Shown: positions 17,562 to 28,901, counted from the stretch's first letter. The stretch is DNA of 64,000 nucleotides from Bdellovibrionales bacterium (GCA_015163875.1 JAAOIH010000001.1:81641-145640), one strand, 5' to 3'. The notes: generated by a model from the sequence alone, not told the origin. Made by a program: numbers and translations.

Positions 17562-20375
17562 TTAATGTAATGCATCTAAACATTTTTGGCAAATGTCAGC
17601 GCCCCATTCTTTGTATTTTATTAATTTTAAATTGTAAGTCCAACATCTTGGGCATTTTTGACCCTTGCTAATTAAAATATTTATTTTGCAATCATTGCCC
17701 TGTCCTTGTTTTAAATAAACTTTAGATACAATAAAAAATTCTGCCAAAAAATCTTCTTTATAAATACAAAGATCTTTTGGAAGATTATGTATTTCTAGTT
17801 CTATTTCTAAATTTGATCCAATCTTTTTTTGGCCTCTAAGTTCTTCAATATCTTTATATGCAGCAGTTTTTAATTCTAGCAATTGCTCTATTGATTTAAA
17901 TAACTGTGGGTTATCCCACTCCAAATTATTTTTTGGAAAGTCTAATAAAAAAACAGAAAATAAGTTTTTGTCACTGTTAATATTTGTGTGTATTTCTTCT
18001 GCAAGAAAACTTAAAATAGGACTCATTAAGGGCCCTAAATTTTTTAGCAATATATAAAATGTTGTTTGAGACGATCTTCGTGCTTGCCCAGTAGTTTTTG
18101 CAGTGTAAAGACGGTCTTTTAATAAATCTAAATATTGCGAAGATAAACTAACAAAAAAAGTATTTAGCTCGTGATAAACTTTATGAAATTTATAATCTTC
18201 ATAATGTAATGTAGTATTTTTAATTAATACATTTAATTTGTGTAATGCAAATTTATCTATGTCACTTAAATCTTTGTAATCTAAGCTGTCTTTTTTTGGA
18301 TTAAAATCATGTATGTTGCCCAATAAAAAACGAATACTGTTTCTAATTTTTCTGTAAGTGTCGGTAAGTTGTTTTAACCCCTCTTCTTTAAAAGAAAGAT
18401 CTTGTGAATAATCTTCATGAGCCGCCCAAAGTCGTAAAATTTCTGCTCCGTATTTTTCTACAATTTTCATAGAGCTAACAACATTGCCTTTGCTTTTACT
18501 CATTTTTTTGCCATTGCTGTCATTAACAAAACCATGTGTAATTAATTTTTTAAAAGGAGCTTTTTTGTTTGCTGCTAAAGAAGAAAATAAACTAGTTTGA
18601 AACCAGCCCCTATGCTGATCGCTTCCCTCTAAATAAAGATCTGCTGGAAAATTTTCTTTAGGCTCTTTATTTTGAGTAACTCTGTGATAAGCACCGCTAT
18701 CAAACCACACATCTAAAATATCACTTCCTATTTTAAAAGAATTTGACCCACATTTTTTACAACTATGACCACTTGTAAATTCTTTTACAGGAGTTAAAAA
18801 ATAAGCCTCCATTCCAGAATCTTTTTTCATTTTTAAAGCTATGTCGCGCATAATTTTTGGATCAGCCAAACTATGATCACACTCAGTGCAATAAAAAACT
18901 GGTATCGGAACCCCCCAAGTTCTTTGTCGACTAATGCACCAGTCTGGAGCATTAGTTGTCATTGCATTTAATCTGGCTCTTCCCCAACTAGGAGTAAATT
19001 TAATTTCTTCAGACTCTATAAGTTTTAAAGCCTCTTTTTTTAAATTGTAATTGTTATCTGTTCGGTTAATAAACCATTGTGGAGTTGCTCTAAAAATTAA
19101 AGGCGCCTTAGATCTGTCTCCGTGAGGGTAGCTATGAGTAATTTCTTTTTCAAAAATTAAATGTTTAGATTTTTTTAAATCCTCAACAATTTTAGGATTA
19201 GCTTCCCAAATTTTTATGCCCTCGTATTTTGGAAAGTCAGATGTATATTTACCAGCCTTATCAACTGGACTTAATACTGGTAACTTATATTTTATTCCAA
19301 CTTGATAATCATCAAGCCCATGCCCTGGAGCTGTATGAACGCAACCAGTTCCGGCCTCTAGGTTAACATGTTTTGCTAAAATAATTTTTGATTGCCGGTC
19401 TTCTATAAATGGATGTTGTGCAAAAAGTAATTCTAGCTCAGAGGCTTTAAAAGTTTTTAATTCTTTTAAATTTATTTTACAAGATTGCTCAACAGAGTTT
19501 TTTAGATCTTTTGCAATAATAATATCTGTATCACTGTGGTCTCCATCAGTAATATTGTATAAGCCGTAAACAAAATTAGGATTAAGACAAATTCCAACAT
19601 TTGCAGGAAGAGTCCATGGAGTAGTTGTCCAAATAACAAAAGCAGTTTTTTTATTACAAATATTTAATTTTTTAAGGCTGTCTTCTTGTAAATAAAATTT
19701 TACAAAAATCGAAGAGCTAGTGTGGTCTTGATATTGAACCTCTGATGATGCAAGTGCAGTTTGCAATTTTGTACACCAGTACACAGGTTTGCGGCCTTGG
19801 TATAATAAATTATTTTCTAAAATATCTGCTAATAAATTTACCTCATCGGCTTCGTAATTTTTATCAATTGTTAAATTAGGATTATCCCAATCTGCAATTA
19901 TACCAAGCCTGATAAATTCTTTTTTTTGTATATCAACCCAGCTTAAAGCTTCTTTTCTGCATTCTTCTCTAATTTCAAACTTACTTTTATTTCTAGCTTC
20001 TTTTTTTAATTTTTTATAAACATTTAATTCAATCGGAAGCCCATGGCAGTCCCAACTTGGAATAAATTTAGCTTTGTATCCAGATAAATTTTTATATTTT
20101 ACAACAATGTCTTTTAAAATTTTATTTAATGCATGCCCTACATGTAAATGTCCATTTGCGTATGGAGGCCCATCACAAAAAGTAAAAATTTTAGAATTTT
20201 TATTTTTTTCTAAAATAGATTGATAAAGTTTTTGGTCCTTCCAGTTTTGAATATATTGCGGTTCTTTTTGTGGGAGTTGTGCCCGCATTGGAAAATCTGT
20301 TTGTGGCAAATTTAAACTATCTTTAATTTGTTCTGATAGCTTAATTTGCTCTGGAGTTTTTGTAGTTTTAGACAT
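17562..20375 (-). CDS. ileS: isoleucine--tRNA ligase
   Basis: HIGH region HVGHALNKILKD, KMSKSKGN, and a C-terminal zinc motif CPRCW...CQKC. 937 aa. Confidence 0.97.
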   Translation of the reverse strand: MSKTTKTPEQIKLSEQIKDSLNLPQTDFPMRAQLPQKEPQYIQNWKDQKLYQSILEKNKNSKIFTFCDGPPYANGHLHVGHALNKILKDIVVKYKNLSGYKAKFIPSWDCHGLPIELNVYKKLKKEARNKSKFEIREECRKEALSWVDIQKKEFIRLGIIADWDNPNLTIDKNYEADEVNLLADILENNLLYQGRKPVYWCTKLQTALASSEVQYQDHTSSSIFVKFYLQEDSLKKLNICNKKTAFVIWTTTPWTLPANVGICLNPNFVYGLYNITDGDHSDTDIIIAKDLKNSVEQSCKINLKELKTFKASELELLFAQHPFIEDRQSKIILAKHVNLEAGTGCVHTAPGHGLDDYQVGIKYKLPVLSPVDKAGKYTSDFPKYEGIKIWEANPKIVEDLKKSKHLIFEKEITHSYPHGDRSKAPLIFRATPQWFINRTDNNYNLKKEALKLIESEEIKFTPSWGRARLNAMTTNAPDWCISRQRTWGVPIPVFYCTECDHSLADPKIMRDIALKMKKDSGMEAYFLTPVKEFTSGHSCKKCGSNSFKIGSDILDVWFDSGAYHRVTQNKEPKENFPADLYLEGSDQHRGWFQTSLFSSLAANKKAPFKKLITHGFVNDSNGKKMSKSKGNVVSSMKIVEKYGAEILRLWAAHEDYSQDLSFKEEGLKQLTDTYRKIRNSIRFLLGNIHDFNPKKDSLDYKDLSDIDKFALHKLNVLIKNTTLHYEDYKFHKVYHELNTFFVSLSSQYLDLLKDRLYTAKTTGQARRSSQTTFYILLKNLGPLMSPILSFLAEEIHTNINSDKNLFSVFLLDFPKNNLEWDNPQLFKSIEQLLELKTAAYKDIEELRGQKKIGSNLEIELEIHNLPKDLCIYKEDFLAEFFIVSKVYLKQGQGNDCKINILISKGQKCPRCWTYNLKLIKYKEWGADICQKCLDALH

Positions 20376-20389
20376 TTGTTTATGTTGTC

Positions 20390-20893
20390 TTAAAGTCTTT
20401 CAAAAGTCAAAAAACTAAAACTAGGACTTCCATCATGGTCATAGCTTTTAACTAATTTAAATTCTGTGTTTAAAATTTTTGGATAAAATGTATCGCAATT
20501 ATAATTGTGCTTAATGCGAGTAATGTAAATGCGATTTACTAAGCCTAAGCTTTGCTTGTAAACTTCTCCACCTCCAATAATAAAAACTTCTTTGCCGTAT
20601 TTTACTGTATGTTTTTTTGCTTCTTCTATGGCATCTTTTATAGAGGTTACAAAAATAACTTTATCAATAATATTATCATGTTTAGCTCGGCTAATTACAA
20701 TACTAAGCCGTTTTGGAAGTGGGTGGTGAAGTGAGTCAAAAGTTTTTCGACCCATAATAATAATTTTATTTATCGTAGTTGATTTAAAAAATTCCATATC
20801 TTTTGGAATATCCCAAGGCAACTCACCAGCAACACCAATACCATTATTTTGGTCAACAGCAGTAATATGAGATAAAGTAATATTATTATTCAT
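20390..20893 (-). CDS. folA: dihydrofolate reductase
   Basis: GIGVAGELPWDIPKDMEFFKSTT, IIMGRKTFDSL and FIIGGGEVY motifs. 167 aa. Confidence 0.9.
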   Translation of the reverse strand: MNNNITLSHITAVDQNNGIGVAGELPWDIPKDMEFFKSTTINKIIIMGRKTFDSLHHPLPKRLSIVISRAKHDNIIDKVIFVTSIKDAIEEAKKHTVKYGKEVFIIGGGEVYKQSLGLVNRIYITRIKHNYNCDTFYPKILNTEFKLVKSYDHDGSPSFSFLTFERL

Positions 20894-20910
20894 TTTAAAA
20901 AATTAAAAAG

Positions 20911-20986
20911 TGGCGTCCCCTACGGGACTTGAACCCGTGTCTTCACCGTGAAAGGGTGACATCCTAGACCGCTAGACGAAGGGGAC
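20911..20986 (-). tRNA. tRNA-Glu (anticodon UUC), CCA encoded
   Basis: The reverse complement GTCCCCTTCGTCTAGCGGTCTAGGATGTCACCCTTTCACGGTGAAGACACGGGTTCAAGTCCCGTAGGGGACGCCA folds as a cloverleaf. The anticodon loop is CTTTCAC. It closely resembles E. coli tRNA-Glu. Confidence 0.9.
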
Positions 20987-21034
20987 AGCGGGAGCATTTG
21001 CAATAATTTTTTAAACTGCAAATACAATAGTTAA

Positions 21035-21110
21035 TGGTGACCCGCCTTGGGCTCGAACCAAGGACCCTCTCCTTAAAAGGGAGATGCTCTACCAACTGAG
21101 CTAGCGGATC
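21035..21110 (-). tRNA. tRNA-Lys (anticodon UUU), CCA encoded
   Basis: The reverse complement GATCCGCTAGCTCAGTTGGTAGAGCATCTCCCTTTTAAGGAGAGGGTCCTTGGTTCGAGCCCAAGGCGGGTCACCA has a 7-bp acceptor stem, the anticodon stem-loop TCTCC/CTTTTAA/GGAGA, and a T-loop TTCGAGC. Confidence 0.9.
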
Positions 21111-21157
21111 AAGTAACCACAACATAATTATTGAAGTATAGAAATTTGTCAATAAAC

Positions 21158-22491
<1,334 letters not shown>

Positions 22492-23643
22492 TTATTTTGT
22501 TACAGAAAATAAATTCTGTAAATTTGTAATTTGCTCTTTTGAATTTTTTAAATAATTTTTATTTTTTAAACTAAGTGCTATAGAGTAAAAAGTTTTATAC
22601 AATTCTAATTGTCCGATGTCACCAATATGTCCAATGCGAATAATTTTACCACTTAGTTGATCTTGCCCACCAACAAGATAAACATTGTAATCATCTTGTA
22701 GCTCTTTTAGCCAGCTTTTTGAATTTATTTTTTCAGGAATATAAAAAGCAGTTAAGCTTGTGCTTGGACTTTTAGAAAAAGTTTTTAGTTGCAAAATATC
22801 TAAAGCTTTTTCAGATAGCTGTGATAACTGTTTGATATGTTTAATTTGTTTTTCTAAACCCTCGCCCTGCAAAACATCTGTTGCTGTTTTTAATGCAAAA
22901 ATTAAATGTACAGCACTGCTAAAAATTGTTTGATTTTTTTCGTAAGCTTTTAATTGTGGTTTTATGTCCCAATAATATTTTGGACATTTTGATTTAAGAT
23001 AATATTCCATTGCCTTTGTTGAAAAAGAAATAAAAGAAAGCCCTGCCGGACCGGCCAATGCTTTTTGAGACCCTCCAATTAAAACATCAATTTTCCATTT
23101 ATCTTGCTCTATATTTTGAGACCCTAATGCAGAAATAGCGTCTACTATAAAAAGACTTTTTAAGTTGCACTCACTAATAATTTCGCCAACTTTTTGTACT
23201 GGAAAGCTGCTTGCGGTACTAGTTTCGCAAGCTTGCATACACAATGCAGATAAATTTGGCAAAGATTGAATGTCTTTTTTAAGTTTATCTAAATTTAAAG
23301 GTTCTCCCAATGGAACTTTAAAAATATGAACATTAATATTATGTGAGTTTGCAATTTTAACCCATCGGTCTCCAAATTTTCCAGCCACAATAACTAAAAT
23401 ATTATCTTGAGGGCTTAAGGTGTTAACAAGGGCTGCCTCCATAGCACCGCTTCCAGATGAATTTAAAATTAAAACAGGCTGCTTTGTTTTAAAAATATAC
23501 TGCAAATTTTTAAATAAACCGCTTAAAATTTTGCTAAAATCAAGACTTCTGTGGTGCAAACTGTTTGAGCCTATAGATTGTAAAACGCTTTTGGCTATTT
23601 TTACTGGGCCTGGAGTCATTAATAGAAGGGGTGACTTTTCCAT
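22492..23643 (-). CDS. class V aminotransferase (serine-pyruvate/alanine-glyoxylate type)
   Basis: SGSGAMEAAL and the PLP-lysine motif GGSQKALAGPAGLSF. 383 aa. Confidence 0.8.
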   Translation of the reverse strand: MEKSPLLLMTPGPVKIAKSVLQSIGSNSLHHRSLDFSKILSGLFKNLQYIFKTKQPVLILNSSGSGAMEAALVNTLSPQDNILVIVAGKFGDRWVKIANSHNINVHIFKVPLGEPLNLDKLKKDIQSLPNLSALCMQACETSTASSFPVQKVGEIISECNLKSLFIVDAISALGSQNIEQDKWKIDVLIGGSQKALAGPAGLSFISFSTKAMEYYLKSKCPKYYWDIKPQLKAYEKNQTIFSSAVHLIFALKTATDVLQGEGLEKQIKHIKQLSQLSEKALDILQLKTFSKSPSTSLTAFYIPEKINSKSWLKELQDDYNVYLVGGQDQLSGKIIRIGHIGDIGQLELYKTFYSIALSLKNKNYLKNSKEQITNLQNLFSVTK

Positions 23644-23667
23644 TGGTTGTTATTATAATTTTCTTAG

Positions 23668-24198
23668 ATGAAGTTTTCAATACTTTTTTTCTTTTTTTTT
23701 ATAAATTCATGCTCTTACTCTTTGGGTTATAAACCAGCAGTTTTGCTTGGCAAATATAAAGAAGTTCATATTAAGTTATTTAAAAATAAAACACAACACA
23801 CAGGCCTTGAGTCTATTTTTACAGACAAGCTTATTTCTAGAATAAATTTAGGTAATAAAAAATTAATTCAAAATTTTGCTCCAATAAAGTTAGAGGCAAA
23901 TATTGTATCAGCCACAGTTTCTCCTATTTCTAGAGGTAATGTACAATCTGTAGTTTTGGTAACCGAATATAGGGTGGCTGTAAAATTAAAAGTAAACTTA
24001 AAACAAAGGTGGAGCGAAAAACTATTATGGTCTAAAACTTTTTATAGAGAGACAAGTTATATACCACCACAAGTTAGTATTTCTAAATTATCCTCAGTTG
24101 GAAGTTTTCATAATGACAGCGCACTTAGAATGGCTTTTTTAGATATTGCAAGTGATGTGTCTGGTGATATTTATATAGCCCTTATAGATAGGTTTTAA
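23668..24198 (+). CDS. lptE: LptE-like LPS-assembly lipoprotein
   Basis: Lipobox FFINSC. About 175 aa. Sits immediately upstream of holA, as in the proteobacterial lptE-holA pair. The call rests mainly on position and size. Confidence 0.55.
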   Translation: MKFSILFFFFFINSCSYSLGYKPAVLLGKYKEVHIKLFKNKTQHTGLESIFTDKLISRINLGNKKLIQNFAPIKLEANIVSATVSPISRGNVQSVVLVTEYRVAVKLKVNLKQRWSEKLLWSKTFYRETSYIPPQVSISKLSSVGSFHNDSALRMAFLDIASDVSGDIYIALIDRF

Positions 24199-24200
24199 TT

Positions 24201-25187
24201 ATGATTAGTATTGCAAATTTAAAAAATCATTTAAAAAAAGCAGTAAGTCCAATTTATGTTTGCGTTGGTGGAGATTTATATTTAGATAACTTAGTTCATA
24301 ATTATATAAAAACAAAAGTATTCCCCCAAGGAACAGACGATTTTAATTATAATGTTTTTATTGGAGAGGCTTTTTCATCTGATGTTAAAGACACTGTTGA
24401 ATCTTTACCATTTATGAGTGACAGGCGCTTGGTTATTTTTAAAAATTTAGATAAAATGACAGCTAGTCATTGGGAGGATTTAAAAGTAGTTTTAGACAGA
24501 CCATGTGAAAGCAGTGTGTTGGTTATTTTTTTAAAAAAATTAGATAAGCGTTTAAAATTATATAAAAGTTTGGCTAAAGTTGCAGATTTTATTGACACAA
24601 AACCTCCATACGACAATCAAATGTCATATTGGATTAAATTTATTGCAACAAGCTATGATTTAAATTTAACAAGCAATCAAATTTTTTTAATTGCACAAGT
24701 TATTGGCACAAAATTAAGTATTGTAGATTTAGAATTAAAAAAATTAAAATCTTTTGTTAAAGATCCAAACAATGTGCAAAGCAAAGAACTTGCAGAAATT
24801 TTATCTCACTGTCATTTAGATAATATTTTTGATTTAACAAAAGCTATTGCCAGCCAAGATTGCGGAAAATCTCTTAGGCTATTAGTAGATTTATTAGATT
24901 TAGGACAAAGTGAGGTTGGGATTATTGGACTAGTTGCAAGGCACTTTAGGCTATTAAGAGAGGTAAAATTATTATTGGCCCAAGGATTAACTTCTTTTCA
25001 GATTAGCAAAGAAATTGGTATACCAAGTTTTTTTTTACAAGAATACTTATCACAAAATAAAATATGGACTTCTTCTCAATTAAATAAAACTTTAGAGCTG
25101 CTATACGAAACAGACAAGGCTCTTAAAACCAAGCCAAGCGCATCACATTTATGGATAGAAAATTTTATTGTGCAGGTTTGCAGGTAG
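24201..25187 (+). CDS. holA: DNA polymerase III delta subunit
   Basis: 328 aa with an N-terminal pattern typical of HolA (LKKAVSPIYVCVGGDLYL) and a helical C-terminal domain. Position after lptE. Confidence 0.75.
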   Translation: MISIANLKNHLKKAVSPIYVCVGGDLYLDNLVHNYIKTKVFPQGTDDFNYNVFIGEAFSSDVKDTVESLPFMSDRRLVIFKNLDKMTASHWEDLKVVLDRPCESSVLVIFLKKLDKRLKLYKSLAKVADFIDTKPPYDNQMSYWIKFIATSYDLNLTSNQIFLIAQVIGTKLSIVDLELKKLKSFVKDPNNVQSKELAEILSHCHLDNIFDLTKAIASQDCGKSLRLLVDLLDLGQSEVGIIGLVARHFRLLREVKLLLAQGLTSFQISKEIGIPSFFLQEYLSQNKIWTSSQLNKTLELLYETDKALKTKPSASHLWIENFIVQVCR

Positions 25188-25211
25188 ATAGCACGCCAGA
25201 GCTTTTTAAAT

Positions 25212-25475
25212 TTAAGAAATTGTATTAACTTGTTTTGCTAGCCTGCTTACTTTTCTTGAAACTTTATTTTGGTGAAATAAACCTTTTTGAGCAGCGGTGT
25301 TAATTTTTTTGCTAAATACTTTTAACAAGCTTAATGCAACATCTGAAGTTTTGTCTGTGATAGCTTGTCTTAGCTTTTTTTCAAAAGTTCCAACTTCTTT
25401 TTTTTGAACATTATTGTTAGCTTGTTTTTTAATTGTTTGACGAGTTCTTTTAACCGATGATTTATGATTTGCCAA
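25212..25475 (-). CDS. rpsT: 30S ribosomal protein S20
   Basis: MANHKSSVKRTRQTIKKQ. 87 aa, basic. Confidence 0.93.
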   Translation of the reverse strand: MANHKSSVKRTRQTIKKQANNNVQKKEVGTFEKKLRQAITDKTSDVALSLLKVFSKKINTAAQKGLFHQNKVSRKVSRLAKQVNTIS

Positions 25476-25496
25476 TTTGTAGCCTCCAGTGCTTTA

Positions 25497-25604
25497 ATGT
25501 ATTTAGCTTTGTATTTAGCTTTGTATTTAGCTGTGCGTTTAGTTGTATGCCTAGCTATATATTTAGCTGTATTTTTATGTGTATCTTTAGTTGTATATTT
25601 AAGT
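25497..25604. repeat. degenerate 12-bp tandem array x9 filling the rpsT/murJ divergent intergenic region
   Basis: atgtatttagct ttgtatttagct ttgtatttagct gtgcgtttagtt gtatgcctagct atatatttagct gtatttttatgt gtatctttagtt gtatatttaagt. It begins 22 nt from the rpsT ATG and ends 26 nt before the murJ ATG. Confidence 0.9.
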
Positions 25605-25629
25605 AAATTTATTAACACATTAGGGGCAA

Positions 25630-27171
25630 ATGTCAATTTTTCGCTTATCTATTTTTATGTCTCTTGGCACTTTATGTAGCAGGTTTTTGGGACTAGCTCG
25701 CGATATAGTATTTACAGCATTTTTAGCAGTGCCAGTTCTAGACGCTTTTATTGTAGCAATGAGAATTCCAAATTTATTTAGAGCCTTTTTTGGGGAGGGA
25801 AACTTTGCAGTCAGTTTTTTGCCATTTTACATACACAAGTCAGACTCAATAGAATCTCAAAAACTTTTATCTAATGCTGTTTTTAGTTTTTTAATGCTTT
25901 TTGCAAGTTTTGTTGTATTTTTTTTATCAATATATATGACACAAGTTTTAAATTTTTTGTTAAATAACAGTGGCAACAGTATTTTAAATTTTAAAACTAT
26001 TGTATATTTATCAAGATTTTTTTTATTTTATATTTTCTTTTTATTATCCTTTGTTCATTTTTCTGCACTACTCCAAGTAAAAAATAAATTTTTTTTAGCA
26101 GCTCTAGCTCCAGCATTATTAAATGTTTCTTTAATTGTTTTTAGTATTTTTTATTATTTAAATGACAAGCACTTAAATTATTTAATAGCAGGCGTACTTA
26201 CGGGAGGCGCCCTTCAATTTGGATTAGTTTTCTTTTCTGTATTAAAAAGCAAATCTTTGCCAAAACTTACTTTTAAGTGGAGGGATAGCGGACTAAAAAA
26301 AGTTTTAATAAAAATGCTACCAGGCTTTTTAAGCATTTTTTTTTATCAGTGTATTTCGTTATTTAATGTGTATTTTTCTTCTTCTTTGCCAAGCGGAAGT
26401 TTATCTAGTTTATATTTATCAGATAGAATTTTTCAACTGCCATTTTCATTAATTGCAATTAGCATGGGCACTGCCCTGTTGCCAACACTAAGTTCTTTTT
26501 GGGCAAAAAAAGATTTACAACAATTTAAAAAAACCTTAGAAAGCAATTTGCATCTTTCGCTATACCTTCTTTTGCCAAGTGCAGTAGGATTATTTTTTTT
26601 AGCAGAACCTATTTTAAGTTTCTTTTTTGAGAGGGGGTCTTTTAATAAAGATCAAATTTTTTATACAGTACAAGTTTTAAAATTACTTTCTTTTTCTTTA
26701 GTTTTTTTAGGATTATACAAAGTTTTAATCTCTGGGTTTTTTGCATCTGGAAAAACTCATTTACCAGCAATTTCTAGCGGTATAGCTTTTGTAATATATT
26801 TAGTGATGGCTGCACATTTTAGTCAAAAATATGGAGTTGCAGGATTGGCCCTTTCTATGAGCTTATCTACTGTAGTTAATTTTTTTGCAGCCTGCTTATT
26901 GTATAGTTTTTTTGTTCAAAAATTAAATGTAGCAACTTTGTTTAAAAAATTTATATATTATTTGCCACCAGCAATTTTAATGGGGCTATTTTTACTGTAT
27001 ATCCCACCATGGCTACAAAATAATTTAATTTTATCGTCATTAAAATTAAAACAAGCTATTTTATTATTAGTTAGTGTTTTTGGAGGCGCAGGTATTTATT
27101 TATTTTTTGGATCACTGCTTTCAATTAAAGAAAACGCAGTGATTAAAAAAACTTTTAATAAAAAATACTAG
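25630..27171 (+). CDS. murJ: lipid II flippase MurJ
   Basis: N-terminal TLCSRFLGLARDIVFTAFL signature. About 14 predicted TMs. 513 aa. The divergent rpsT/murJ arrangement is common. Confidence 0.88.
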   Translation: MSIFRLSIFMSLGTLCSRFLGLARDIVFTAFLAVPVLDAFIVAMRIPNLFRAFFGEGNFAVSFLPFYIHKSDSIESQKLLSNAVFSFLMLFASFVVFFLSIYMTQVLNFLLNNSGNSILNFKTIVYLSRFFLFYIFFLLSFVHFSALLQVKNKFFLAALAPALLNVSLIVFSIFYYLNDKHLNYLIAGVLTGGALQFGLVFFSVLKSKSLPKLTFKWRDSGLKKVLIKMLPGFLSIFFYQCISLFNVYFSSSLPSGSLSSLYLSDRIFQLPFSLIAISMGTALLPTLSSFWAKKDLQQFKKTLESNLHLSLYLLLPSAVGLFFLAEPILSFFFERGSFNKDQIFYTVQVLKLLSFSLVFLGLYKVLISGFFASGKTHLPAISSGIAFVIYLVMAAHFSQKYGVAGLALSMSLSTVVNFFAACLLYSFFVQKLNVATLFKKFIYYLPPAILMGLFLLYIPPWLQNNLILSSLKLKQAILLLVSVFGGAGIYLFFGSLLSIKENAVIKKTFNKKY

Positions 27172-27251
27172 ATTTCTATATTGAATAAAAGCTTGCTACT
27201 GTGTATGGTTTATTTATATAACTTGGTATTTTTTAGCTCGCTGGAGACTTA

Positions 27252-27680
27252 ATGACAATTAATTTTATTAAACAAAAAAATTGTTATATTCCAAAGACTT
27301 TTTTGCAAAAGTCTCTTCCAAAAATTTTAAAACACCTTAAAATGCAAAACTTACACATACCTGTAATAAAAAAACAAATAAGCTTGGTGTTTGTGTCTAG
27401 CCAAAAAATGAAGACTTTAAATTTTAAATATAGAAAACAAAACAAAACAACAGATATTTTAAGTTTTCAGTCTAATTTAGGCGAATCTTTTGGAGACATA
27501 GTTTTTGATTACAGTCTTGTTAAAAAACAAGCAGATAAAAATGGACACTCAATAAAGCAGGAGTTGTTATATTTATTTATACATGGTTTATTACATTTGC
27601 TTGGATTAGATCACGAAAAAAGCTTTAAAGAAGAAAAAAGAATGTACAAAATACAAGATAGTATTTTTAATAGTTTTTAA
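27252..27680 (+). CDS. ybeY: rRNA maturation endoribonuclease YbeY
   Basis: HGLLHLLGLDHE zinc motif. 142 aa. Confidence 0.88.
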   Translation: MTINFIKQKNCYIPKTFLQKSLPKILKHLKMQNLHIPVIKKQISLVFVSSQKMKTLNFKYRKQNKTTDILSFQSNLGESFGDIVFDYSLVKKQADKNGHSIKQELLYLFIHGLLHLLGLDHEKSFKEEKRMYKIQDSIFNSF

Positions 27681-27721
27681 AAAATATAAATTATTAAAAA
27701 GATTTTTTAAATAAGGAAAAA

Positions 27722-28901
27722 ATGTCTAGCAGTAGCAACAATAGCAATAATAAAAACAACAACGATAATCCCGTATCAAGCAGTTTGGCAGATTGCCAAG
27801 ATGCCTTAACGCAAATTGATAAAGATTCAAAAGAGATTAGGGGGTCTCTTTGATTTAGATAAAAAACAAAATAAATTAAATAAAATAGAAAAAGATTTGC
27901 AAAACAAAGAAGTGTGGGAAGACTATAAAAAATCACAAAATTTAAATCAAGAAAAAATACTTTTACAAAAATCTTTAAAACAATGGAAAGATTTTGATTA
28001 TAAATTTTTATCAATCAAAGATTTGTTAGACTGCATTGAAAAAGATCAAAAAAATGGCGAAAGTTTGCTTACTGATGTAACAAAAGAGCTAACAAGTATT
28101 AAAAATTTATTAAGCACACTGCACACACAATATTTTTTATCACAAAAATATGACGACTGTAATTGCTATGTTTCAATTCACGCAGGAGCTGGGGGAACAG
28201 AATCTTGTGACTGGGCCGCCATGTTAAGCCGTATGTTAATGCGCTACTCTAAAAAAAATCAATTTAGCACAGAAATTTTAAATACTAACGATGGCGACGA
28301 AGCTGGTTTTAAATCTATACATTTTTTAGTTAAAGGAAAAAACGCGTTTGGTCTTTTGCAATCAGAAAGCGGAGTTCACAGACTTGTTCGGATTAGTCCT
28401 TTTGATTCTGGTGCAAGAAGGCATACAAGTTTTGCCTCTGTATTTATTTCGCCAGAATTAAAAGATTCAGAAGACGTTAATATAAAAACTGACGATATAA
28501 GAGTAGATACATATCGAGCAAGTGGTGCGGGCGGACAACATGTTAACACAACAGACTCGGCAGTTAGAATTACTCACTTACCAACCAACACGGTTGTGCA
28601 ATGTCAAAATCAAAGAAGCCAGCATGCCAATAAAGATCAAGCCATGAAGATGTTAAAATCTGCTTTATATAAATTTGCCGAACAAAAAAAGAAAAAAGAA
28701 CAAGATATGATTTCAGAAACTAAAAAATCTAATCAGTGGGGCAGCCAAATTAGATCATACACTTTATGCCCCTACCAATTAGTTAAAGACCATAGAACAG
28801 GCGAGGAAAGCGGGCAACCCGACCTCGTGTTAGATGGAGATTTAGATAAATTTAGCGGAGCTTTTTTAAAATATCGCTCAGAGAAAAAAAATGGAGAATA
28901 A
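27722..28901 (+). CDS. prfB: peptide chain release factor 2, made by a programmed +1 frameshift (27722..27850 joined to 27852..28901)
   Basis: Frame 0 runs from ATG 27722 (AGGA SD upstream) through 43 codons to CTT TGA. The +1 frame continues DLDKKQNKLNKIEKDLQNKEVW and carries the SPF motif (RISPFDSG) and GGQ (ASGAGGQHVNTTDSAVR). The ORF track shows only the downstream frame, from a TTG at 27816. Confidence 0.93.
27839..27853 (+). promoter_or_regulatory. RF2 +1 frameshift site (internal SD-like AGGGGG, slippery CTT, in-frame TGA)
   Basis: AGG GGG TCT CTT TGA T, compared with the classical E. coli site AGG GGG TAT CTT TGA C. Confidence 0.9.

Noticed and set aside
20964-21152. 62-aa minus-strand ORF in the track
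   Set aside because: It is read straight through the tRNA-Lys gene and reaches into tRNA-Glu. The tRNA cloverleaves explain the sequence.
25370-25679. Track ORFs 25370-25636 (-) and 25464-25679 (+), with repetitive AKYK / LALYLA peptides
   Set aside because: Both are read-throughs of the 12-bp tandem array in the rpsT/murJ intergenic region and overlap the real rpsT and murJ ends. They are repeat-driven artefacts.
27694-28014. 106-aa minus-strand ORF containing LLLLLLLL
   Set aside because: It is antisense to the prfB leader and N-terminus. The prfB frameshift model explains the region completely.
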